Shown piece by piece: positions 1 through 9,348 of a stretch of 24,489 nucleotides of DNA. The notes under the pieces are model-generated. The model saw only the letters and a list, made by a program, of their open reading frames with translations. It made no database searches and was not told the DNA's origin. Source of the stretch: a virus (lineage: Duplodnaviria > Caudoviricetes); the IMG/VR virus record IMGVR_UViG_3300036814_000666, positions 1 to 24,489 of that record. The stretch is one strand, 5' to 3'. Both the position numbers and the translations under genes were made by a program. How positions within the stretch are numbered: the stretch's first letter is position 1; each line of letters starts with the position of its first letter.

Positions 1-3000
1 AAGCCTCATCTGTGAGCCTAATAACACCGCCAAGCATATCCGACGTAAAGGTGGTCCCATTACCCAGAACGACATTTTTGGCTTTTGCATTCGTTGCTAG
101 TAACCAGACTTGCCCAGCTGACGTTTCTCCTGCGATATTCAGATAACACTCAACACTCGTCGGCTTCCACGTCACATCGGACATGTATTCCACTTCGATA
201 AAATCTGGCGACTGTGGAGTCTGGAATGCATAATCTATCGAGAAACTACCCTGCTTGATATTCTCCATCGAGTACATAGCAGTGTAGACGCTTTGGTCTT
301 CGTCTCGCACTATCGTTAGCTTACCGCCAACAAACAGTGCCCTCCCCCTACCGGCCCTCGCAATAGAGTTCAGAGCATCCCACAACGTTCTGGTGGTATC
401 GAAAACACCATTAAACTCATCCCCCCTACGGCCCCATAGCGTCGCTAATCTACGTAAATCTGGCAGGTTGAGTAGGCTTGGGGACACCCCACCACCGTAA
501 TCTGTGTTCGTTGCCGCATCGTAAAATGCCCACGCTGGGTTACTTGTTACTAGGTCATCAGACCAAAAAGCACTGGCAGCTAAGGTCACAGAACTCCCGC
601 CAGCTCCATCCGTTGACGTTGCATTAGCTGTAGTCAATGTCGTAAACCCAAACGTATCGGCAGTTACTGTCGTGATAGTACGCGCCCCGTTAATGTCTGT
701 AATGGGTACACCGTTAATAACAGCCGGTGCCCCTGTCCCAGACACGCCAGCTATAGTCACGGATTGCCCTACCACTAAACCATGGCTGTCATACGTAACC
801 GTGGCTGTGGTCGAACCCCCTGCGGTCGTAATCGGGTTACTGCCAATAGTAGTCGCGGGGCTTATCGCGTTCCCCCACATTGGCAACTTGCGACTAACGA
901 GTACACTGAGGTCAGTATCAGCGTTCTGATTAAACTGCCTAGATGCAATAACCTTGGTTGCTAACGTAGTAACCCCGGCGTATGCCTTGACACTGCCAAG
1001 GATGTACCCAACCGCGCCAAGCCAGTAAACTTTATCGCTAACCAGAGTACCATTATTATCACTGCCAGCAGTATTTACATCGGGTCCAAACCCGTGGGTC
1101 GTCCGCCTCCCCCTAATTCGGTACCTCCCTTCTGGAATTAAGTAACCATACCCCATTAAATCCTCATTGGTGGCGTTACTCAGACTAGATGGGGCCATTC
1201 CCCAGCTTTCTGGGCCAGCAGAACCCACGCCCCTAAAATCGTACTCGCTTGTTAAAAGAACCGGAGTATCTCTAATTGTCGGGCCATACATACCAATGGT
1301 AGCATTCCGTGATGCGACCCGTGCAGCCCCGTGCATGTGTATCCAAAACCGGTCGCTGTGCGTTCCTTGGGGGGTGGAGATATGTGAGGAAGTGTATCCT
1401 TGAAATGTCCTACCAACAGTAATCCATTGGCCAACACGTGGTGGCGAGCCTTTTTCAAACGCATAAGCCTGCTCTCTTGTAACCCCTCCCCACGTAGCAT
1501 ACGGACTTGTACCATCTGGGTTTTCCCATAACCCGCTAACCGTATTAAAGGTCTGCATGTCATCCAGCCAATCTGGAGAACTTGAGTTGTAGATATTCCC
1601 GTTCTCGTCTATGCGCTGAATCTCAAACCTAACGCCCACCCCAAGGGCAAACCGGCCCCCTTTCCTAGAGAACTCCATCGGGGCACCCCCGTAATCAACA
1701 GACAGTCCAAAAATTGGATGATTTGGGGCGGATACATTAAACGGCCCGATGTAATCGTTTCGTATATGACACCTGTTGCTATTGATGCCATTAGTTTGTC
1801 GCCCACTTGCTACGGTGGGCCTCCAGTGCTCCCTAGTCTCCCAATACCCATCGGCTTCCAAGGTAACTGAATTACCGCCCACCCCTACCCAGTTGGTGGT
1901 GTTTTGGGACAGGGACTGGGGGTCAGCGAGGCCGAGGGGAGTATCACCGACATAAAACTCAAATCTATTACCGTCATCAGATATGTTGGTTACTACATGC
2001 GTCTGATTTACAATAGCCGCCTCCTCATTCGTTAGCGCGGTGGTGGAGGGCGGTCCGGGTCCACTTCCTTCAGCACCAGCAAGTGTAAACGTCTGTCCGT
2101 GTACTAAACCGTGATTGTCGGCGGCGACAACATAATGGTCTTGTGTGTTACCCCATTCGTTTTGTCCCGTAGCGGAACACGCGATGTTTCCGGGGTAATC
2201 AGGCCCGCCAGTCCCGCAGCCCGGAGGCCCACTGGCATTACTCCCCCCTATGCAGTTAATCGGATGGTTGCCTAGCGTCACGGCTGGGCTTATTGCACTC
2301 CCTGTCGTAGGCGGTTGAGACAACTGAGAAGAGGCGGACTCGTACCCCTCGGAGAACCGTATGGTCCCGTTTCCAGTTCCTGTTGTCGGAGAGTTAGCCA
2401 CTATGGTCCGCAGCCGTGTGTCCTGCGTCATCAACTCATGCCATGCGTTATGATTGGAAGCCGTAATCCAATCGTCAACTGAGTCGCGTGGGTCAACCCG
2501 ATAGCGGACTCTGCGCGGCTTATCGGTGGCGCTGGCAACCTTCTCTTGTCCCCCACCAAAAAACACCTGCATGCCAACGAATTCATCTTGTACCCATTGC
2601 AGCTCTAAGGGGGTTGCACCATCATCATCAAACTGCGCAACTGTTATCTCTTGTTCTCCGGTAACACCATCCGGTACCCCAATTGCCCTGATGGTAAAAT
2701 ACTTATTAAAATGTGGCTTTAGCGTTATTAGGTTACGCGGCGCTACATGCCCAACCACCCCGACCCCATCACCATCATCCCACCCGACATCAGGAGCCTC
2801 AAGTTCGTTTCTTGAAATACCGCTAACAGGTACCCGATTCTGGGGAAACAGTTCGTTACCTACTATCGAGTCGGTGGGGCCATATACCCTTAGCTTAACC
2901 TCACTGTGAGTACTGGTTAGTGTGTTACCGACCGTATGCCCAACCACCGACCCCCCAATTAACACCTCGTTAATCACGTAGGTACCTTGCCCAATACACA

Positions 3001-3721
3001 TCATTTGGAACAATTCCTGAGTGGCGGCTGCGGCCCCGTCAAGTGGCACCTCTGATGAGTTGATACGCCCCCCGCTGCCAAGTGGCTGCTGGCCCCTGTA
3101 AGTGGTGTACGGATGGGCAATGTAATCTGGCCACACCCTGTGCTTCCCATATATTACTGGTATTGGGCTATTTGTTCGGACGGCATTATTGCGCGCCCCC
3201 AACGTATACGTGGGCGATATATCTGTATGGTCTGCTGCTGCTGGGGTTGCCGGGGGCAGTACGGCGTTAATAATCAGTGTTCCACCGATTATGACGGCCC
3301 CCTGCGCCGCCATAGCCATCATAGTGCCCGCCTCAATGGTAACAGCCGTTACCGCCGCAGAACCAAGCGCAGACGACATAGCAATTGCCATATGCGGTGC
3401 GGCAAGCATTAGGCCCACCATCAACACCATTCGCATGATGTCTTTGCCGCCCTCATCTCCACCTCCCCCCTGTGGCAGCGTCAAGAACATAACAACATCA
3501 TTTGGATGTATCTGGGTGTCAGCCCACTCGGTTCGCAATACCGGCTCCCCGTTATGCAAACATATGGTTGGCAGGGTAAACTTCAGGTCTTCTCTGGCAT
3601 CAAGAAAGCCCCTTATACTGATAGTAGTCGAATCGGCAAAACCAAGCTGCTCTATAACCCGGTCTTTCTGTGGCTGGAGCGGATTCGGTACGTATACGAT
3701 ACTGGCGAAGTCGTTATGCAT
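1..3721 (-). CDS. Tail tip / host-specificity protein (lambda I+J-like fusion), >1240 aa, 3'-truncated at the window edge; absent from the ORF track
   Basis: ATG at 3721 overlaps the NlpC/P60 stop. Hand translation gives MHNDFASIVYVPNPLQPQKDRV...ICLHNGEPVLRTEW...FLTLPQGGGGDEGGKDIMRMVLMVGL (gpI-like N-terminus), NSPIPVIYGKHRVWPD, TSNPAWAFYD, FNGVFDTTRTLWDALNSIARAGRG and SMENIKQGSFSIDY (typical J-like motifs). Sampled segments down to base 2 share this frame with no stop. Confidence 0.92.
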   Translation of the reverse strand, partial: MHNDFASIVYVPNPLQPQKDRVIEQLGFADSTTISIRGFLDAREDLKFTLPTICLHNGEPVLRTEWADTQIHPNDVVMFLTLPQGGGGDEGGKDIMRMVLMVGLMLAAPHMAIAMSSALGSAAVTAVTIEAGTMMAMAAQGAVIIGGTLIINAVLPPATPAAADHTDISPTYTLGARNNAVRTNSPIPVIYGKHRVWPDYIAHPYTTYRGQQPLGSGGRINSSEVPLDGAAAATQELFQMMCIGQGTYVINEVLIGGSVVGHTVGNTLTSTHSEVKLRVYGPTDSIVGNELFPQNRVPVSGISRNELEAPDVGWDDGDGVGVVGHVAPRNLITLKPHFNKYFTIRAIGVPDGVTGEQEITVAQFDDDGATPLELQWVQDEFVGMQVFFGGGQEKVASATDKPRRVRYRVDPRDSVDDWITASNHNAWHELMTQDTRLRTIVANSPTTGTGNGTIRFSEGYESASSQLSQPPTTGSAISPAVTLGNHPINCIGGSNASGPPGCGTGGPDYPGNIACSATGQNEWGNTQDHYVVAADNHGLVHGQTFTLAGAEGSGPGPPSTTALTNEEAAIVNQTHVVTNISDDGNRFEFYVGDTPLGLADPQSLSQNTTNWVGVGGNSVTLEADGYWETREHWRPTVASGRQTNGINSNRCHIRNDYIGPFNVSAPNHPIFGLSVDYGGAPMEFSRKGGRFALGVGVRFEIQRIDENGNIYNSSSPDWLDDMQTFNTVSGLWENPDGTSPYATWGGVTREQAYAFEKGSPPRVGQWITVGRTFQGYTSSHISTPQGTHSDRFWIHMHGAARVASRNATIGMYGPTIRDTPVLLTSEYDFRGVGSAGPESWGMAPSSLSNATNEDLMGYGYLIPEGRYRIRGRRTTHGFGPDVNTAGSDNNGTLVSDKVYWLGAVGYILGSVKAYAGVTTLATKVIASRQFNQNADTDLSVLVSRKLPMWGNAISPATTIGSNPITTAGGSTTATVTYDSHGLVVGQSVTIAGVSGTGAPAVINGVPITDINGARTITTVTADTFGFTTLTTANATSTDGAGGSSVTLAASAFWSDDLVTSNPAWAFYDAATNTDYGGGVSPSLLNLPDLRRLATLWGRRGDEFNGVFDTTRTLWDALNSIARAGRGRALFVGGKLTIVRDEDQSVYTAMYSMENIKQGSFSIDYAFQTPQSPDFIEVEYMSDVTWKPTSVECYLNIAGETSAGQVWLLATNAKAKNVVLGNGTTFTSDMLGGVIRLTDEA

Positions 3722-4115
3722 GCCTGAAAAACCTCACACGTTTGTACGGCAACGCCTCTATTCGACTAAACAACACGCCACCCTTCCGGGCACAGTGCAA
3801 AACCCCTATCGTTCCGTCTATCATTAACACTATCCCCACATGCTGCCCAACCGGACCATTGCCCAATAAAACTGCATCGCCATTGTGCGGCACTGGCACC
3901 TCTTCCCACCCGTGCTTGTCGGTAACCTCTGGAACACCGACCTTAAAGGCTGCTGTCAATTCTCGTAAATCTTCGGCGTTAATACCTATCTCTGGCACAT
4001 CCCGGCCAAAGTGCTCCTTCTGAACGTGACGAAAAAAGCTCCAGCAATCATAGTAATCCGGGCCTGTGGCTCCAGACTTCCATCCACACGTAATGTACTG
4101 TGTCGCCCAATGCAT
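3714..4115 (-). CDS. NlpC/P60 (C40) tail-associated peptidase, about 133 aa
   Basis: GATGPDYYDCWSF (catalytic Cys), QHVGI (His) and VLHC. The start is moved from the track's 4235 to ATG 4115 (MHWATQYI), just after the upstream stop at 4123, which removes a 113-nt overlap. Confidence 0.9.
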   Translation of the reverse strand: MHWATQYITCGWKSGATGPDYYDCWSFFRHVQKEHFGRDVPEIGINAEDLRELTAAFKVGVPEVTDKHGWEEVPVPHNGDAVLLGNGPVGQHVGIVLMIDGTIGVLHCARKGGVLFSRIEALPYKRVRFFRHA

Positions 4116-4122
4116 GATAATT

Positions 4123-4854
4123 CTAAGACGTGGTGTCCAGATACGGGAATCTCTTCGTCGTATACATCTCCGCTGGGAACAGCCTTTGCAGTACGTCGTC
4201 ATAGGTTGCAGTCGCTTCAATCTTGAATGGGTCAACCTTCACGTTACTGAGCGTCATGGTTATCTGTGGGTCCATTTCTGGCAATGGTGTCCCAGTCCCG
4301 CCAGCCTCATACGCCTCACCAGTCGTCCCTTTAATCCCGTCTATGTTTGAGCTGAGAAAGACCCTATACGTCATTGCTATGGACTCTGGGTTTTCGATTG
4401 CCGCCTCTATGTGCTGGCATATCTCTCTTCCAACGTTGTCTATCTTTAACCTCAACTGAGGCAATTGACGGTCTTTCGTAATCGGTAGCGTGAAATCGAA
4501 AGGCAGTCCTACAAACAAAACCTTCTGCCCTGCGTTTACGGTAGCACTTTCAGAATAGTACCCATCCGAATTACCGGCATACCCAACTACCTGAGAACTA
4601 GCGGCAGCAGCGGCTACGAGTTTGTCAGTCCCTGAATCAAAATATGCATACGTATCTGAGCTATCAGTCTCAAGCGTAGCCCATAGGTTTTGCGTATCCC
4701 TTACAATACGGACTGCTGTACCAGCCCCACGCTCCTTATCTGCTACGAAGGAAAACGATGGGTGCCTAAGTTCAATCGTATGCAACATAACCACGTCCGT
4801 AGGTGCGGTGCTGTATGCTTCCTTAATGGCCTCACTGAGCGTTGTATTTGGCAT
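4123..4854 (-). CDS. DUF1833-family minor tail protein (lambda gpL-position protein)
   Basis: N-terminus LSEAIKEAYSTAP..VMLHTIELRHPSF, then PFDFTLP, LKIDNVGRE, MTYRVFLSS and C-terminal FPAEMYTTKRFPYL. Lies between Dit and NlpC/P60. Confidence 0.85.
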   Translation of the reverse strand: MPNTTLSEAIKEAYSTAPTDVVMLHTIELRHPSFSFVADKERGAGTAVRIVRDTQNLWATLETDSSDTYAYFDSGTDKLVAAAAASSQVVGYAGNSDGYYSESATVNAGQKVLFVGLPFDFTLPITKDRQLPQLRLKIDNVGREICQHIEAAIENPESIAMTYRVFLSSNIDGIKGTTGEAYEAGGTGTPLPEMDPQITMTLSNVKVDPFKIEATATYDDVLQRLFPAEMYTTKRFPYLDTTS

Positions 4855-4858
4855 TCAA

Positions 4859-5599
4859 TCAAACCGTATACTGGATTATTACTAGATACTCTCCAGATGC
4901 AGGTGCTGTCCCCGTAAACGTAAACTTAGCAACTACTTCTCGTGCAGTTGAATCCGCGCCCGTACCCGGCGTAAACGTTTGGGTTGTGTTATCAGCCACG
5001 TCAGTTATGGAACTATCATTTACATAGGCGTTTGTATCACCCGTGTACCCGATAGTTATATTTGCTGATGCTGTAAGATTCCCTATGTCTCCACGCCCAA
5101 TAACAAGTACTTCGGTTACGGTGTTATTCGCGGGCAAATCGCCAAGTATTACTGACTCATCTTTCCTGTAGTACGGGAGCCTTCCGCTAATCGAATGTAC
5201 AACCGCCGACTTCTCACTAGACATAATGAAATCAGTTGCATCTAGTAGCTCCAGTTGACCTTCAACCTGCCACTCAGTTGATGCACCGGAGCCCAACATT
5301 GCACGGTAAGGGCCGGTAAATCTTACTTCGGAATGCCTGAATTCCGACCCCCTCCAGACCTCCATAAAAAAAGACTCTGCGCCCTCTTTAAGAGCGGACT
5401 CCCACCACGCCTTAAACGTGTTGTATTGAGTCCCATCCATTCGCCAAGTTATTTCCAGTTTAACTATGGGGCGCGTGTTAACTCGCCGCTGCCGCGCTCG
5501 ACCAGAATCCATTTGGGTGCGGATAAACGATTTACCTGAATCAATGGAGTACCCTAACTCGTCTGGAGCAGGTAAAGTAGATGGCAGTATTTGACTCAT
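4859..5599 (-). CDS. Distal tail protein (Dit/gpM-like) with a C-terminal extra domain
   Basis: LPAP...GYS....FIRTQMDSGRARQRR, F..WW...LKEGAESF and VRFTGPY. Directly follows the tape measure gene with an ATGA overlap. Confidence 0.85.
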   Translation of the reverse strand: MSQILPSTLPAPDELGYSIDSGKSFIRTQMDSGRARQRRVNTRPIVKLEITWRMDGTQYNTFKAWWESALKEGAESFFMEVWRGSEFRHSEVRFTGPYRAMLGSGASTEWQVEGQLELLDATDFIMSSEKSAVVHSISGRLPYYRKDESVILGDLPANNTVTEVLVIGRGDIGNLTASANITIGYTGDTNAYVNDSSITDVADNTTQTFTPGTGADSTAREVVAKFTFTGTAPASGEYLVIIQYTV

Positions 5600-8500
5600 C
5601 GGTATTGCCCACGGCTACGGTCAAGCCCATATTGTTGCTCTAGTGCGGGGGCCAAACCCCCACCGCTCTGTAGCCTAGAACTCATCTTAGATTCGACCAT
5701 CTCAACCAACACCTCCATCTGCACATCCTGACCGCCCGCACCACCACCGCGCTTTTCCTGAACCGTCGCAGACGTACCCGGCGGAGTTGATATGTTAACG
5801 GTTACCGAAGGGGATGAGTTCTGCTGAAGTTTGGCAAACAGCATATCAGCGTTATTCATTTGCTTAGGGGTAAATATCCCCTCCCCCTTGTGGGCTATAA
5901 CGGGAACGGCTCCGCCCATCGCGTATGAGCCCGCGCCCGCGAACATGCTCGCAGGCACGCGGGCGCGAGGGGCACCGGTACGCCCCACCATCCCACCAAG
6001 GGCATCCACTTCGGCACCGACCGTCCCACCCTCACCAAATGTCCCCGGCATCATGGCCTTGAGGAACTGGAGCATTTTAGCTTTAATTATTATCCTTGCG
6101 ATGTCCTTGATAAGGGACTTGGCAAAATCAGCAAAGTTTGATTTACCGGTCATCACAAAATCAGTCAGGGAGTCGGCCATCCCCTCCATAGCATCCCCCA
6201 TAATGTCTTTTATATTCGTGCCTGTAATCTGGCTCTCGTCACCAATCTGCTTGAACGACATTTTCCATGCCGATATAAAACCCTCCATAGAGTCAATAGG
6301 CTCTTCTAGGTCGTAAAGCTGGGACAAACCTTCGTCGTAGGCTACTAGCGCCGCATCTCTCAGTTCACCGATACCTTGCGTCAAGTGCTCATTGCCACTT
6401 AACGCCGCATCCAACAGTCTTATAGTTTTGTCGTACTCTTCCCGTAGAGCCACCGCCCCCGGCAACGACTCTTGTAGCTTCATAGCTTCTGCACGTATAG
6501 CTGTTAAGTTCTCATACCAAGGAGAATCCCGTGGGGCTAACGTCGCGTCGTAGCCAACTTGGGCTAAGGGGACCTCAACCACCTCACCTCGAATAGACGA
6601 GTTCCCAGCTTGAATAGCCGCCTTCGCCGCCTCCAATTCGTTAGCAAAATACGTGCGGGTGGAGAAGCCGGTTTGCATCTTGCCCTCCGGGTCCTCCCAC
6701 GCCCACTTCAAAGTGAACAACTGTTTACCCGACGACGACTCCCCAACAAACGCAACCGACTCCATCCCCACAGCTATTTCTACGCTCGCTTGGGCAAACG
6801 CCTCCTTCAAAGCATCCGGCAATTGCCCCGGCCCAAACCCAAAGAAGCTCAAGATTTTGTTAATGGCCGCCTTGCCACCACCTTTTGCCGAGCCAAAAAG
6901 GCTGTCGAAATCCAAGCCACCACTAGCCATCTCGGCACGTAGGTCGTCTAGGGTTTTCTTCGCCCCCTCCTTAATCTTCTCCGGTGGCCCTACGAATGCG
7001 TTAGCATCAGGGTACAAAGCATCTTGCATGGCATTGCTAACGTCTACCAGACCGTGCATGAGGTGGCGATTTATAGTCGCCACAGGCTGTGCCGCAAAGA
7101 ACGGGTCGCTCAAAACTCCCTTTAGAGTCTCCAAACTCATCTTCGCCCCTGCTGCAACAGCCGCAAACGTCCGTACCCACGACCGTGTGTAGTCTCTTTG
7201 GACCGCTTCCGTCGCACCCAGAAAGGCCGACCCCACGTCGCTCATAGCCTCCTCCAGCAACTCTGCGCCTCGCCGCAGCATCTCTATGTTACCCGTAAGG
7301 AGGCCAGCAAACCCCAGTAGCACTGCGCCAAAAGTCCTCATTACAGCTCGAACGGATAGCATCACCGCCTTCATTACGGCCTTTACGGTCCCGATAATTT
7401 CGTCTTTGTACTGGTAAACATACGCAACCCAAGTTTTCAGCTCACGCAACACTATACTGCCTAAATTACCGATGGCGGCCACTTGCTCACTAAGGGAAAT
7501 TCCCATTGCATCGAGGGCGTACATGATACCCCCAATTGCTATGGCGGCTGCTAGAAAAGCGGGGTTAAAAGCAACCATAGTGAGAGCCGCTGCGAGCTTC
7601 CTAAACATCACTACAGCTTTCGCTAGGTTGGGGAACGTTTGCCCCAGCATCAAAAGATTAAACGACATAAACGCAGTCGAAACTAGCCTAACCATGCCGA
7701 AAACTGGCTTCAAAAATTTTACAAACAAGGTTAGCAGCGGCACGGCCATCGCCAGCAATGACACATATATCCCCATCTGGGTGATGTGCAGTTTCATTTG
7801 CGGCTCAAGAGCCACATACGCTCGCGCCCAGATGACAACTTTTGCCGCCATCTCCTTAACCCACGGTGCTAAAGTACTACCTATATGCCTCCATATAACT
7901 GCCACCGATTCGCGCAACTGCCCAAAACTGGTTTTCAGCGAGCCCATCTGAATCTCAAATGCGCGGGCACGCTCCCCGGCAGCCTTTGCAAACTTAGTTA
8001 GCTTTACTTTTGTAACATCAGATTGTGAGCCGAGGAGAGATAGGGTAGCTACTAGGCCCTCAGTTTCAATAAAGAACTCTTCAAGCCCAACCCCGCCCTT
8101 GATAGCAGCTAAGTTCAGGGCCTCTAAGGCACCCTGAAACCCCTTCACCTGAATCAACGTTTTGGCGCTCGCAAACCCCGTAGCCTGTATCATCTCGGCC
8201 ATCCGACCTTGGGGCTTCAGCAAGCTACGCAGCACTCCTTGGTACTGCGTTGATACTCTCCGCGTATCTCCAGTAACACCAGTCAGCGTGGCAAACGTAT
8301 TGAACAGCTCTTCTGTCGTAACGTTTAGTTCAAAGGCTAAGGGGACCACCTTCCGAATGGATTGCGCTAACTCCCCAAACGTTGTCTGACCTAATTTAAC
8401 CGTCATCTGAGCTAAGTCTGATATATGGTCTGCGGCCTCGGAGCTGGTATCCCCATAACCCTTCATCACCGATGAGAGCAGGGCAACAGCTTGTTCGGTA

Positions 8501-8949
8501 GTCGCTAATCCGGCAACTGCCGACTCATTAGCAATACGCAGAATATCAATAGAATCTTTGGTGGCACCAAAAGCCGATACGACTTGGTACAGGCCGTCTG
8601 TAAGAGTCTTGGTGGCCACACCCGTTGATACGGCCATATCCTCAATAGCCAAGCCCATTTCTTCGACCTGTGCCACAGACTCAGGCATCAACGTTTGAAC
8701 GTTGCGAATACCTACATCAAACTCTTCAAAAACCTTTAGGCCCTTGCGAAAACTAAGAAGTACGCCCGTGGTCCAGCCTATAGCCCGGCCAACGTCACGC
8801 ATGGTGATGCCAGTCTTCTCCCAATAGGTCTGGGTTTTTTTGGCATCCGTGCCAAGGCCGCGCATCTGCTTGGCAGCCTGCTCTAATGAAGCAGCGCCTT
8901 CGTTTACAAAACGAAGGGCAAACTCTAAGTCGTTACCCTGTAGGCCCAT
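5596..8949 (-). CDS. Tape measure protein, 1117 aa
   Basis: TP901-type core (GLYQVVSA, AVAGLAT, TVKLGQTTFGELAQSI), hydrophobic Ala/Leu-rich middle and lambda-like C-terminal part (MADSLTDFVMTGKSNFADFAKSLIKDIARI; VPVIAHKGEGIFTPKQM). Follows the G/GT chaperone genes. Confidence 0.96.
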   Translation of the reverse strand: MGLQGNDLEFALRFVNEGAASLEQAAKQMRGLGTDAKKTQTYWEKTGITMRDVGRAIGWTTGVLLSFRKGLKVFEEFDVGIRNVQTLMPESVAQVEEMGLAIEDMAVSTGVATKTLTDGLYQVVSAFGATKDSIDILRIANESAVAGLATTEQAVALLSSVMKGYGDTSSEAADHISDLAQMTVKLGQTTFGELAQSIRKVVPLAFELNVTTEELFNTFATLTGVTGDTRRVSTQYQGVLRSLLKPQGRMAEMIQATGFASAKTLIQVKGFQGALEALNLAAIKGGVGLEEFFIETEGLVATLSLLGSQSDVTKVKLTKFAKAAGERARAFEIQMGSLKTSFGQLRESVAVIWRHIGSTLAPWVKEMAAKVVIWARAYVALEPQMKLHITQMGIYVSLLAMAVPLLTLFVKFLKPVFGMVRLVSTAFMSFNLLMLGQTFPNLAKAVVMFRKLAAALTMVAFNPAFLAAAIAIGGIMYALDAMGISLSEQVAAIGNLGSIVLRELKTWVAYVYQYKDEIIGTVKAVMKAVMLSVRAVMRTFGAVLLGFAGLLTGNIEMLRRGAELLEEAMSDVGSAFLGATEAVQRDYTRSWVRTFAAVAAGAKMSLETLKGVLSDPFFAAQPVATINRHLMHGLVDVSNAMQDALYPDANAFVGPPEKIKEGAKKTLDDLRAEMASGGLDFDSLFGSAKGGGKAAINKILSFFGFGPGQLPDALKEAFAQASVEIAVGMESVAFVGESSSGKQLFTLKWAWEDPEGKMQTGFSTRTYFANELEAAKAAIQAGNSSIRGEVVEVPLAQVGYDATLAPRDSPWYENLTAIRAEAMKLQESLPGAVALREEYDKTIRLLDAALSGNEHLTQGIGELRDAALVAYDEGLSQLYDLEEPIDSMEGFISAWKMSFKQIGDESQITGTNIKDIMGDAMEGMADSLTDFVMTGKSNFADFAKSLIKDIARIIIKAKMLQFLKAMMPGTFGEGGTVGAEVDALGGMVGRTGAPRARVPASMFAGAGSYAMGGAVPVIAHKGEGIFTPKQMNNADMLFAKLQQNSSPSVTVNISTPPGTSATVQEKRGGGAGGQDVQMEVLVEMVESKMSSRLQSGGGLAPALEQQYGLDRSRGQYR

Positions 8950-8955
8950 AACTCA

Positions 8956-9348
8956 TCATCTGGACCGGGGTGCTACCGGGGGAAGTGGTAAAGGCGACGT
9001 GCGCTGCCTAGATTTTCGGTCAGCCTTCTTGCGTTCGTGCTCGTCCAACTCAGTCACCGCCGCATCTATGATGCGGAATAATGTTAGCAACTTTCCGGGC
9101 TGATGAGTCCATGTACCTGTCTCTGGGAGCATGCCGCGCTTGTACCACGCAAAGCACTCAAACACGTACTCATAGTATAGTGGATTTTCGTACTTTGGTC
9201 TAAGTGGGCACGTAAAAAGTAGCTTCCTATCTAGGGTAACTGGGTTGGTAGCGGGGGTACTACACCCCCACTCAATCTTATTTTCACTGGTACATGAAGA
9301 ACAATCTCGATTGGGCAGCACCCGCGTGGCAAGAACTACCCGTCTGAG
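8956..9348 (-). CDS. Tail assembly chaperone T part (reached by -1 frameshift; GT fusion about 271 aa)
   Basis: The -1 frame after GGGAAAC reads LRRVVLATRVLPNRDCSSC..., continuous with the 121-aa track ORF. Contains GMLPETGTWTHQP, resembling the LPxxGGxxxQP motif of T-type chaperones. Confidence 0.85.
   Translation of the reverse strand, partial: LRRVVLATRVLPNRDCSSCTSENKIEWGCSTPATNPVTLDRKLLFTCPLRPKYENPLYYEYVFECFAWYKRGMLPETGTWTHQPGKLLTLFRIIDAAVTELDEHERKKADRKSRQRTSPLPLPPVAPRSR

Noticed and set aside
1252-1806. Minus-strand ORFs of 103 aa and 65 aa
   Set aside because: They are out-of-frame overlaps inside the long J-like ORF starting at 3721.
4116-4235. 40-aa N-terminal extension of the NlpC/P60 ORF
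   Set aside because: It overlaps the conserved C-terminus of the DUF1833 gene; ATG 4115 gives a family-typical start.
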